Virus record (IMG/VR): IMGVR_UViG_3300030376_003962
DNA: 31,944 nt
Origin: an uncultured virus (IMG/VR IMGVR_UViG_3300030376_003962)
Lineage: Duplodnaviria > Heunggongvirae > Uroviricota > Caudoviricetes
Strand: one strand, 5' to 3'
Under the pieces are notes generated by a model, which saw nothing but the letters and a program-made list of their open reading frames with translations, ran no database searches and had not been told where the DNA came from. How positions within the stretch are numbered: position 1 is the first letter of the stretch; each line of letters starts with the position of its first letter. Both the position numbers and the translations under genes were made by a program. Positions 17,701 through 28,100 of the stretch are shown piece by piece.

Positions 17701-20700
17701 TTATGGCTAGACTAGAGAACAACACCAGTGACACTAGAACCGGATATTCATTCTACATGGTGAACAACAATGTAAACACTGGTGGTTTCATACATAGAAT
17801 AGACCCACAAATAGGGGGAAAGGGAAACCAGCAAAACACCTTCTATACACCTAAAGAGACATACAGATATTGGGATACTCAAATACTGCAAGCAGGAACA
17901 GTCACTAAGTCCGATGCTGGAATATATGGAAGTTCAACTCAACCACAGGCAATATCTGCATATTCAATCGCTTATCCGATAAAGGCAAATGGGATTGCAC
18001 CTGATTCGCCTACTCTATCTGCTTCTACTGCTCCTGTGTTGGGAAGCAACATGAATGACTCTAATTACACACTGAAGAATACAGTTGGCAGTCCATTTCA
18101 GTCAGCAGGCACTGGATACGAGAACCTGATACCGCCGAATCATGCGATTACTTCTGTTGGTAGTCTGTTGAACTCAAGAGTGCCTGACATAGACAAATTG
18201 CTGAATTACGCGCCTAAAGCGCAGAACTATGAGATATTTGCAACGGGAGATTTGTTTCCTTATTCAAAATTAAGATACAATAACATCGGAAGTCAGACAC
18301 TTAACTTTGAAGACTTAGCATGTCTGTTAGAGAGCGATGGAAAAAACTCTGCAACATCTGTTTCTCATTCTTCTTACAGTGGAACGACAAAAATGATTGA
18401 GAAGACAGACACGAACTATGAGAGAGTATCGATAAAATCTGCTAGTACAACTACAAACAACATAAAGAGATTCGGTATTGCTAGGTTGGTAGAAGCAACT
18501 TTCGATTGGCACTTCAACCCCGTTGACCCTGATTCACTACCCTCTCCTGCTGATGCACTACTGGACATCGAGAGATATCAGATGTATAGGTTAAGAGAAG
18601 TACCTGCCGGTTTAGCAGTCGTTAGGGATGGCAGTGGCAATAACACTTTGACTTTCACAGGTGGCGGCACTCTATCGCTAGAACAGGGAGATGCTGTCTT
18701 CAGGGCAGACACAGGAGAGTTGGTTCTTATTGCCAAGGCAACTATTACTAATATGAGTAGTGGTGCTAATCAATCTAACTTGATAAATATGACAGGAGAC
18801 CCCACTGCGTTAAACACCCCTGCTTACATAATCAGACAATACTCAAAGTTGTCCTTTGAGGTATTCAAGTTTGAAGATGGAGGATTTCAATCGCCACTGA
18901 TAACCTCTGACACTCTTGCTGCATCACAGACAAAGATAGATTTCACAAGTGTCTATTTAGCGAGACCAAACTATCACTCAGACAGTGGTATATTCAAGTT
19001 CGCTAAACTCAGCAATGGAGGTGATTTTCTGCCACCTAACGTCTTCATCCCCCTAGTGTTCAAGTCATCAACACACAGCACAGACCCAAAAGTATCAGAT
19101 TTGAGTCCCTATCATCCTGAATACACATGGCACAACGACACTGGGTTAAGCACTGGGAGTCATAAATTTATCAACAGTTCGAGGGTGATTGCAGGTCTAG
19201 TACAACGAAGTCATTCAGGCGGAAATACACAACGAGCAGAGAAATATGGATTATTCACTGATTCTCATCCCTACGAGAACTGTATCGCGGTGTTTAGGAA
19301 TATAAGGCAAGTTAGCGGAGGCGGGCCAAGTGTACCGTCTGATATGTTTCAAACCAGTGCGATACTAGGAAGCAGACAACAGAAAAGCAACTATCTTGCT
19401 TATACGAGTGGCTTCAATGGGGGTACCAATAACAGTGCAAATGACCTTGACCAACATACTGTGAATACAATGATATTCCAAAATAACCCAAACACATATG
19501 CAATAGCAGGAACACATACTAGGTCAGGGCGTCTTGACGATACAGCGAACAGCGGTGAAGGGGCTTTTACGGATTTAGGCGTATCATACTTCCTAGAGTC
19601 TAATGAAGGAAACACCTTGACAACCACAGAATATGACTTGCATGATGATGCGGATTTCACCTCTAATGATGGTGGTGGACTATACAGAGCGCAGATGATG
19701 ATAAAGCCAGTATTAGACATAAATGATGGTAATATAACTCTTAGCCAAACTAATAGTGCAAGGGACACGATTACCATTGATATTAGTGATTTTGATTCAC
19801 AGCACACTTGGCTTTCGTTTGTGCCGAATCTAACAGGCTACTACCTTGTTTCTGAAAAGACGCTTGAACTGAAACATGATTTAACTCTCGGTCAAGCCGT
19901 GTTGGGTGGGACTACATTCCATAGAGGTCAAATATTCGAGTCAGGAGGCGGAGGGAACATCGGGTTCATCGCTAAGATTCTAAGTCATACTACAGACCAG
20001 TCATCTTTGGATGATGATTCTTTTACCCATGTGATAAAATTGGATAGGAGCATAGAAGACAGTGACGTATTTTTAGGAAATTCACAACGAGCAAGGATAC
20101 CACGATTCAGATTAATGAAGTTGGCAGAGACAACATTTAGAGATACGCCGAGGGAGATAATATTGAACAGATTGCATTCGACTGGTTTGGATTATAGTGA
20201 GACAACCTCTAGATACGATACGGGCAACCAGTCAGGAAACTCAACCTCACATCTAGCCGAAGGGGTATTCAGTGCTTATGTTCTCATGAATTTGGACAAA
20301 GCACCCGAAACAACAAGCATAGAGTCGATAGTACCTGAAAATCCTAGTAATTCTGTGCATAACCTACCATTCTCGAATGGTGATGTTTTCGATTGTTTCA
20401 TCACAGATGGCACTAATAGACAAAGAAAAACAATCACGTTTACAGATGTTTCACCAGCATTGCACACCGGAGTTAGGCAACGAGAGGCTAGACTAACCTT
20501 TGAAGGAACGTTAACTGGGAACGGCATAGTTTCATTCGGTGAAGTAATAGACTTGGAGTTATCTAGAAAACCGAATTTGGATAACATGACGAAGTGCCAT
20601 ATCGGAACTAGCATGATTATCGGTGAAGAGGTGGAGACGGAGATTGAGCGTATAGTCAAGGAGGCGGGTCTCGATATTGACATGGTGCAGTCTCAAGCAG

Positions 20701-21746
20701 AGTTCACTGGAAACATCGTGAGTTCAGTCTCCAATAATGTCATTACTTGCAAGGCCACAGTAGAGAATATTGTAGCAGGAGATGTCATATTCACACATGA
20801 AGGATACCCAATCGGTGTTGTTGCTTCCACTCCTAGTGGAACTACAATCACTGTTAATGATGTAGATGATGATGACCCTGATGTAGATTTATGGTTCGTT
20901 CCTCTTGTCAATGATGAGATAATTAAGAGAAATAAGAAGACTTTTGTTTCTACCGATAATTTCGTACAGTCTTCTGCTTTCGATACGTTAAACAAATTAG
21001 CAGGAAAGAAGAACTTGGATTTTCGTATTAACAATAAAAAAGTGGTATTTCGTGACTTGAATTCTTCTGCCTTATTGAGAAAACAGGGAATTTCCTATAG
21101 AGACCATAGAATCTTCTCTGTGAAGAAGAATAGTTCATTGTTTGCTAAGGCTAACAAAGTGACTGTGATTGGTGATAGAATAAGAACGAGTGTGGCGAAC
21201 GATGAGAGCGGAGTACACATTAATTTCGTGGATGCAAATATCAGGACTATCACAGATGCGAAGGTGAAGGCAAATGAGTTGTTAGAATTACATTCATCAG
21301 ATGCTAGAAAAATAGTGCTAACAGTTGAGAAAAAGGGTCTTGAGACACTTGAAGCAGGGGATATCATTTACTTGGACTTCCCTCAATACGATATTCCACC
21401 TGATGATTATGTCATATTCGAGATAGAGAACGTATTAACACCGACTCTCACTATGACGGTAGGCACGTTCGACAAGACGATAGCAGAGAGGTTGTCGGAA
21501 ATAGGAAGCCAGCAAAATTCCAGCAGTTCTACTATATTCAGTAGAAATGCACAAGAGGTTTCGATAGGCAAGGTCTTCAAGGATTCTATATCGTTAAAGA
21601 CCACATCGGTTCAGTATACAATTACGGGTACTGCTAAAAGTTCAAACATGGGCTTTGATGACCTTGTGGGTTTCACTGAGGAAGTAGGGTTTGAGAATAC
21701 AGGAAGTCAGGTATTAGGGTATTATACAAGTGAGGGTAAGTTATGA
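14700..21746 (+). CDS. Giant baseplate hub / Tal-like tail tip protein (about 2,348 aa)
   Basis: TGATG-coupled start. Hub-like segments 'VFDGTVE...LVIEGRDTNASLLN', 'AFDTLNKLA...DFRINNKKVVFR', 'ANKVTVIG', 'DANIRTITDAKVKANELL' and 'LEAGDIIYLDFP...YVIFEIEN'. Confidence 0.7.
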   Translation: MMAKTNGTILYPLKSGVNESLADEAYAGMVTEFTTGKAFRDVSVNPVLKATYVESETSGTGTATSDVVPSVIFTEIRKGSHGGSISNDKADQIGNRLLPKNKTIANYATTKETTPPFKIKAFDTSISTGETNRKFVYADTSLGVAVIDYPATDVIALDIERYDYFIMLNPEIYDSSTQTDTARPHFAKITRISTFDEFGDGLEFSPKYPTSIPKGTNFEVFKGPAKTDTDVMAVSYGLRGDNQASTDNYDVLNRVDRPTFYFYNDRLEQDDQLDYMEKYTVTRLRWYDYNIALGTGDSGKSVAFTSSSAAYSAFEEGSSSKKLFVNTGSYPNFMNIVFQGMSLFNDSDDSFVGNVKTINTSDNSIELDFARQASTAWRSGTSTFGLTYGKGIQNIVFRTEAKLKGTITSIGRSKLDATLVDNLRTTDDFDSNFNPILWHKAFPNMKRHASDSTTATSATLDGNRTGPSRYITFDPRPRRNDVIPFTTDLIVNNPQNKMTKIFKTKLLNNSGLMSHKIREGQILKAMKTTFSDKMSFKKLPFKASKVDGANEIRFTDMLDSHDYALSGKLTSNSIIKVGDHYYVVNAVQSKSSGTQDVTVKANKTLKATTFTVTPTVHHFQNENVEIAAWTGVLNTENFDSDTQVVYADGNRLTVSGTTIPKEESKFYDTKVVFSNISTHQNHVDYIDKDMEYVKFQDASRKFYQNTNIQRFYYYTDAYNLQEEVFDGTVELSETSAENGLSTLVIEGRDTNASLLNTLIDKNLSFSEDIVYSTLNPIVPALNEATMDVSSVNGKEIIHATISNWNTTAKARTLLFTRSTTEAENMIFIGEVASAQTSFTTLTHEPLVTLSTTANTDIYYYDPHTEATYLSGKKAIGSNPSIANSVTDFSRVSDKGLVFSDSFSFDRTGTRTKLESTSNTASFAEDRTLGYDIASPISINSLNTSTLNADSAFAVQLSRETGVSTTKINKMTYASEMFDIVETISKDDGGFKMSIAPICPLVMARLENNTSDTRTGYSFYMVNNNVNTGGFIHRIDPQIGGKGNQQNTFYTPKETYRYWDTQILQAGTVTKSDAGIYGSSTQPQAISAYSIAYPIKANGIAPDSPTLSASTAPVLGSNMNDSNYTLKNTVGSPFQSAGTGYENLIPPNHAITSVGSLLNSRVPDIDKLLNYAPKAQNYEIFATGDLFPYSKLRYNNIGSQTLNFEDLACLLESDGKNSATSVSHSSYSGTTKMIEKTDTNYERVSIKSASTTTNNIKRFGIARLVEATFDWHFNPVDPDSLPSPADALLDIERYQMYRLREVPAGLAVVRDGSGNNTLTFTGGGTLSLEQGDAVFRADTGELVLIAKATITNMSSGANQSNLINMTGDPTALNTPAYIIRQYSKLSFEVFKFEDGGFQSPLITSDTLAASQTKIDFTSVYLARPNYHSDSGIFKFAKLSNGGDFLPPNVFIPLVFKSSTHSTDPKVSDLSPYHPEYTWHNDTGLSTGSHKFINSSRVIAGLVQRSHSGGNTQRAEKYGLFTDSHPYENCIAVFRNIRQVSGGGPSVPSDMFQTSAILGSRQQKSNYLAYTSGFNGGTNNSANDLDQHTVNTMIFQNNPNTYAIAGTHTRSGRLDDTANSGEGAFTDLGVSYFLESNEGNTLTTTEYDLHDDADFTSNDGGGLYRAQMMIKPVLDINDGNITLSQTNSARDTITIDISDFDSQHTWLSFVPNLTGYYLVSEKTLELKHDLTLGQAVLGGTTFHRGQIFESGGGGNIGFIAKILSHTTDQSSLDDDSFTHVIKLDRSIEDSDVFLGNSQRARIPRFRLMKLAETTFRDTPREIILNRLHSTGLDYSETTSRYDTGNQSGNSTSHLAEGVFSAYVLMNLDKAPETTSIESIVPENPSNSVHNLPFSNGDVFDCFITDGTNRQRKTITFTDVSPALHTGVRQREARLTFEGTLTGNGIVSFGEVIDLELSRKPNLDNMTKCHIGTSMIIGEEVETEIERIVKEAGLDIDMVQSQAEFTGNIVSSVSNNVITCKATVENIVAGDVIFTHEGYPIGVVASTPSGTTITVNDVDDDDPDVDLWFVPLVNDEIIKRNKKTFVSTDNFVQSSAFDTLNKLAGKKNLDFRINNKKVVFRDLNSSALLRKQGISYRDHRIFSVKKNSSLFAKANKVTVIGDRIRTSVANDESGVHINFVDANIRTITDAKVKANELLELHSSDARKIVLTVEKKGLETLEAGDIIYLDFPQYDIPPDDYVIFEIENVLTPTLTMTVGTFDKTIAERLSEIGSQQNSSSSTIFSRNAQEVSIGKVFKDSISLKTTSVQYTITGTAKSSNMGFDDLVGFTEEVGFENTGSQVLGYYTSEGKL

Positions 21747-22102
21747 CAGTAGTGAATGAAGGAGCAAACAGAATAGCGACATTGATAGCAGGAGATTTCG
21801 ATATCATCGCAATAGGTGATGGTGGTGACAGTACATCAGCAAGTCAAACAGGGCTGAACAACTTCGTCTTTCAGCATCCATCCAATCAAACACCAACAGT
21901 GGTGGGTTCTACTTTAGTCTACAACGTGAGTTTCACAGGCTCGCAGATACCACCATCAGGAGTTTCAGAATTAGGTATTTTCAAAACGGGAACCACGAAC
22001 GGAAACGGCACGTTATTGAGCCGAGTCACTTTCACAAACACTGGTGTTGTAGCCAGTGGAGACACAGTTACGTTTACAGTTAGAGTAGAGGTGGGTAATT
22101 AA
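21743..22102 (+). CDS. Small baseplate / fibre-attachment protein (119 aa)
   Basis: 'IAIGDGG...SELGIF...GTLLSRVTF...GDTVTFTVRVEV' resembles the N-terminal attachment domain of P2 gpH-type fibres, here standing alone. ATGA overlap with the previous gene. Confidence 0.6.
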   Translation: MTVVNEGANRIATLIAGDFDIIAIGDGGDSTSASQTGLNNFVFQHPSNQTPTVVGSTLVYNVSFTGSQIPPSGVSELGIFKTGTTNGNGTLLSRVTFTNTGVVASGDTVTFTVRVEVGN

Positions 22103-25100
22103 TGTCAACAAATCCGGGTATCATCTCAACATTAGCAACGAATCCGTCCGGCACACAACTTACGGATAACACAGACAACATACACTCAGGAATCATCAAG
22201 GCACTACACGCTGCCACTGGCGAGAACAGAGGAATAAGCGGATTCGGTTTGACTCAAGGTACTACCAGTGGCAGGACACATTTCCAAGTTGCATCGGGTA
22301 AAGTGCTAAGAGACGGTAAGTTAGTGGATATCAGCGGCACTACCCTAACAACTACTACCGACACCATCTCTGCCAACGCCAATGACTGGTATGGTTTGAT
22401 AGTGGTTAACTCGTCAAATGCATTGGCATGGAGACACGGTACTGTTACTGGAAAGGCGACTACTGGTGCAGCCACTGTTGCAGAACTAGCAACAGGAGAC
22501 ATACCACTGATAGTGGTTAAAGTCGATAACGCAGAAGCAAACAACTACGCTACTAGGTTACATCAATTCGTTTTTTACGAGCAAGCAACTCGACAGTTCT
22601 CCGCAATCAACAGTGGTTCTGAGACAATGAGAATCAATAACGATGGAACACTGACCAAAGGCTCTGCTACTATTACACTACCATCTAGCACTGGAACATT
22701 GGCACTAACCAGCGAACTCACTAGTCTAGATGATAGTAACTTAGCAGACAATGCAGTGACTACTGCTAAGATAAACAACGGAGCAGTTTCAGAGGTGAAA
22801 TTAGCAACCAATGCTGTCACGACTACTAAGATTGCAAATAACAATGTGACAACTGATAAAATTGCAAGTGATGCAGTTACCTACGATAAGATACAAGACA
22901 TTGGCACAGCAAACCGAGTCTTAGGAAAGGCTTCCACTGGAACAGTCGAAGAGGTACAAGTCACATCAGCCATGATAGCAGATGGAACAATCGCAACAGC
23001 AGATGTGGCTAATGATGCAATCACATACGCCAAGATGCAGAATGTATCTGCTACAAACCGAATACTAGGAAGAGACTCTTCCGGTGCTGGAAACGTAGAG
23101 GAAATAACCCCTGCCAATCTAGTGACCATGCTTGGTATAGAAGCGGGTGCAGATGTAACAGATACAGACAATGTAACGACTGCTTTGGACAGTGTGAGTC
23201 TAGGGGATTTCAGCCTTGGTGATACGAATGACAATATTAGTGTGGGTAATCTGACTGTTGGTGGTAATCTAACCATTTCAGGAAGCACAACAACAGTCAA
23301 CTCAAACACTGTCAACATAGGAGATAGCATAATCACCCTAAACTCAGATGAGACAGGCACACCATCACAAGACGCTGGTATAGAAGTAGAGAGAGGAAAC
23401 CAAACCAACAAGACCTTGGTTTGGGATGAAAGTGCAGGAAGATGGACAGTTGGCTCTGAAACATTCGTTGCAGGTACATTCATTGGAAATGTGACAGGAA
23501 CTGTATCATCTGCTACTGCTCTAGCAAACGAAAGAGACTTCCAACTTTCAGGAGATGTTACATCTCCTTCAGTATCCTTTGATGGCTCAGGAAACGTCAC
23601 ATTATCTACTTCCATCGGAGCGAACACTGTCGGTGCAACTGAGATACAGGATGCGTCAGTAGGTACTACACAACTAGCAAACCTAAGTGTTACAACGGGT
23701 AAGATTGTAGATTCCAGTGTCATAACTGATAAACTAGCGAATGATGCTGTGACCTCCGCTAAGATTGATGACGATGCAGTTCTAACTGCTCATATCGCAG
23801 ATGACCAAATTACTGCTGACCATATGGCAAACAACGCAGTAGGTACGGATGTAATAGTCGATAGTGCAGTTACTAATGACAAACTAGCAGGAAGCATCGC
23901 TCAATCCAAGATAACAAGTCTAGTCTCAGACCTAGCAGGTAAGCAGGCAACCTTGACCTTCGGCTCAGGATTGTCTAACTCAGGAGCAACAATAAACGTA
24001 GATATCACTGAACTAAGCACTGAGAATGGAATACACAAGACAAATGATTTCCTGATGTATAACGACACTGGTAGTGGATTGAAGAAAATCAACCTGTCCA
24101 ATGTGTTTGCTCAACTTGCAGCATCAGACATACCTAACTTAGCAGCAAGCAAAACAACCAGTGGTACATTTGCAGACGCTCGTATTCCTAACCTCGCTGC
24201 AAGCAAGATTACCAGTGGCACATTTGCTACCGCAAGAATAGCAGATGATGCTGTTACCTTTGACAAGATACAGAACGTAGACTCAGGAGTTTTAATTGGT
24301 AGAACCAGTAGCAATACTGGCTCCGTTGAAACACTGTCAGCCTCTGTTGCTAGGAGCCTACTTCAAGTAGATGTCAGTGGAACAGACAACTCAACAAATG
24401 TCACATTAACAGGAAGCAGGAACTATCTAACTCTGAATGGACAACAAATTACAGTTGGTGAGATAGACATATCAGATGATACCAATCTAGTTGCAGGAAG
24501 TCGTATCTCATTGAGCGGTGACACACTGAACGTAGATGGAGACTTGGCTAACTATGACAACTCGAATAGTGGATTCCTCACATCGCATCCCACTATCTCC
24601 GGTGCAGCCAGCAGTGTTGATAACTCAGGAAGCAGAACCTATATTCAATCAGTAACTTTAGATTCAAATGGTCATGTAACTAATCTAACATCAGCAACAG
24701 AAACTGTCACAGATACACAATACACTGTTGGTGATGGGGGTCTGTCACAGAATAACTTCACAGATGCTTTGAAATCTAAGTTACAGGGTATTTCTGCCTC
24801 TGCTAATAATTACTCCTTACCAGTGGCAGAGTCAGATGTTCTTGGCGGCGTGAAGGTCGGTAGTAACCTGACAATAAATGGTCAAGGGGTTCTTTCTGCT
24901 GATACTCAATCCGATGTGAACTTCACATCTGCTCTAAACACTAAGTTGGCGGGAATAGAAACTGGTGCAACAGCAGGTGCTAACTTCGCAACTAACGTAA
25001 GTAACATCTCAGTCACCAATGCTCAACTTGCTGGTAGTATTGCAAACAACAAACTAACCAATTCATCAGTAACTGTTAATGGAAGCACTGTTGCTTTAGG

Positions 25101-28100
25101 TGGAAGTATTACTCTAACAACCGCAAACGTGGCAGAAGGAGCGAATCTCTACTACACGGATGAGAGAGTGGATGATAGAGTCAATGCACTCTTTACAGAT
25201 GCAGAGGGAATCACTTCAGTATATGATGACATCAACGGAACTCTAACTGTGTCTGTGGAAGATGCTACATCAAGCAACAAGGGAATAGCGTCCTTTGCAA
25301 CTGCTGACTTTGATGTGAGTAGTGGCGCGGTCACGGTGAAATCCGGTGGTATAAGCAATGCACAACTAGCAGGTTCTATTGCAAATAGCAAACTCCTAGA
25401 TATATCACAAAGCAAAGTCACTGGATTAGTGTCTGCTTTAAGCGGAAAGGTAGGTAGTCTAAGCGATTTGAATATTACCGCATCTTCGTCAGAAATCAAC
25501 ATTCTAGATGGAGTTACAGGGGTATCTGCTGCCGAAATTAATTATTTAGATGGTGTGACATCTGCAATACAAACTCAACTAAATGCGAAACAGGCGGCTG
25601 GTAACTATCTAACCACATCTGCCACCATCGCAGACCTCGCTGGAATAACTGCTCTAGACTCAGATATCACTGCTGTAAGTAGTAATCACGATACAATTCC
25701 ATCTGCGTTGGCTGTAAAGACCTATGTGGATGCCATATCCTTTGAAGCAACCGACACTCAATATGTATTCACTGTTGAGGATGTGAATTCTACTAACATT
25801 CAGGAGTTGAAGATGACTGGAACAGACGGTACTTTCAGTTCTATTTTCTTTGAGGGTAGTGGAAATATTACTGTATCTAGAATAGATAATAGAATCACAA
25901 TAGATTCATCAGCAAAACCAGCCTCAAGTCTAGCGTTCAGTGAAGGGACGTTAACTTTAACCAAGGTGGATAATACAACAATCTCTGCTACGATACCCGA
26001 TGCAACAACCTCTGCTCATGGCTTAATGACTGATGACCAGTTCGACAAACTAGCAGGGATTGAAACTAGTGCGAATAACTACTCAATATCTTCTGACTTG
26101 CTAGATGAGAACGATATGGTATCTAACTCTGCAACGAAAGTAGCAAGTCAGCAGTCGATAAAAGCGTATGTTGATGCTGAAGTGGCAGATTTAATCAATT
26201 CGGCTCCGCTCACATTAAACACACTTGGAGAGTTAGCAACTGCATTACAAGACAATGACAGCGACATCACCACTATCACTACAGCATTGGGTAACAGATT
26301 GAGAATTGATGGCAGTCAATTCCTCAATAGCACACAACAGGCACAAGGTCTGACCAACTTGGGAATAACTGCAAGCCTAGCAGAGATAAATATCCTTGAT
26401 GGCGGATTATCTGCATCCGACATTCCTACATTAAACGCATCTAAGATAACCGCAGGGACTCTTGGAACTGCAAGAATACCCACACTGAATGCTTCAAAGA
26501 TAACAGCAGGGACATTCAACGATAACAGAATAGCAGAAAGCAACGTCACGCAACATCAAGCAGCCCTATCAATCACTGAGTCTCAGATAAGCGATTTAGG
26601 TGCGTTGCCTAAATCCGGTGGAACGATGACGGGTGACATAACGTTCAACTCAGGACAGCAGTTCGATGGTAGAGACCTATCTGTTGATGGAGCGAAGTTA
26701 GATGGTATCGAAGCATTAGCAAATGTCACTGATGCAACTAATGTAGCAGCAGCCGGAGCGATAATGGATGGTGACTTCACCAGTAACGGGTTCATGAAGA
26801 GAACAGGTGCAGGAACATACGCTATCGATGCAAGTACATACTTAACCGCACATCCAACAATTAGCGGTGCTGCAAGCGATACAAGTAATACGGGAAGGAC
26901 ATACATACAGAACCTAGAGTTTGACTCAAATGGTCATGTCACAAGTGTATCAACAGCAACAGAAACGGTTGTGAATACAGACACACAACTCACTCAGGCA
27001 CAGGTTCGTGACTTTGCAGGTGGGATGTTCACAGGAAACACAGAGACATTCATCACTGCAACCTATCAGACCTCTGACGACACGATAGACTTGGTAGTAC
27101 CCGTTCTAAATGAAAATAATTTGAACTCAAACTCTGCTACACATCTCGCTACCCAACAATCCATCAAGGCGTATGTGGATACCGAAATATCGGATTTAGT
27201 CAATAACGCACCTTCAACACTAGACACTCTGAAAGAAATAGCAGATGTGCTAGGAGATGATACTCAAATAGCGGGTACGATAATCGATGCTCTTGGAAAC
27301 AGGGTGAGAACGGACACCGCTTCACAAGGTCTCAATTCGACAGCAAAGGCAAATGCTAGAGCAAACATAGGTGTAGATGTAGCGGGAACTGATAACTCAA
27401 CAGATGTGACTCTTGCATCTGTGTCAAACAACTATCTCAGTATTTCAGGACAGGCAATCACTGCTGGAACTGTGCCTCTCTCACTGGGAGGAACTGGGGC
27501 TACTTCAGCATCTGCCGCAAGAAGTGCATTAGGTGTTGATGCGGCTGGAACAGATAACTCCACTAATGTCACACTAACTGGCAGTGGAAACTATCTCAGT
27601 ATCAGTGGACAAGCAATTACAGTTGACCCAATAGATATCTCAGATGATACTAACCTAACTGCTGGAACAGGGCTGACTCTAAGTGGAGATACACTGAATG
27701 TAAATGCAGCACAATCAGGAATCACAAGTGTTGGAACACTATCTTCCCTAACTGTATCAGGAGATGTCACAGTAGACACTAACACATTCAAGATAGATAC
27801 AACGAACAATCGTGTTGGTATTGGAACATCAACACCCGGATACAAACTACAAGTAGAAGGCTCATTCGCTGCACAAACTAAGTCTTTCGTTATTCCACAT
27901 CCTACACAAGAAGGTAAGACACTACAACATGGTTCTCTTGAAGGACCGGAACATGGAGTGTATCATAGAGGCAGACTAGAAGGAAGTGTGATACAACTAC
28001 CTGAGTATTGGACAGAGTTGGTTGATGAGAATACAATTAGTGTTCAATTGACTGCTAATGGCGACTTTCAAATGCTCTATGTAGAAAAGATAGAAGACAA

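Noticed and set aside
22881..23723. 280-aa minus-strand ORF and the many other minus-strand ORFs in the track
   Set aside because: All lie antisense to long plus-strand genes and have V/L/S/P-rich shadow composition with no recognisable motifs, as expected from the codon bias of the sense genes.
27373..27630. Repeat pair near the fibre 1 C-terminus as a DGR template/variable repeat
   Set aside because: Both copies are coding, differences are mostly synonymous and not adenine-specific, and there is no reverse transcriptase in the window.
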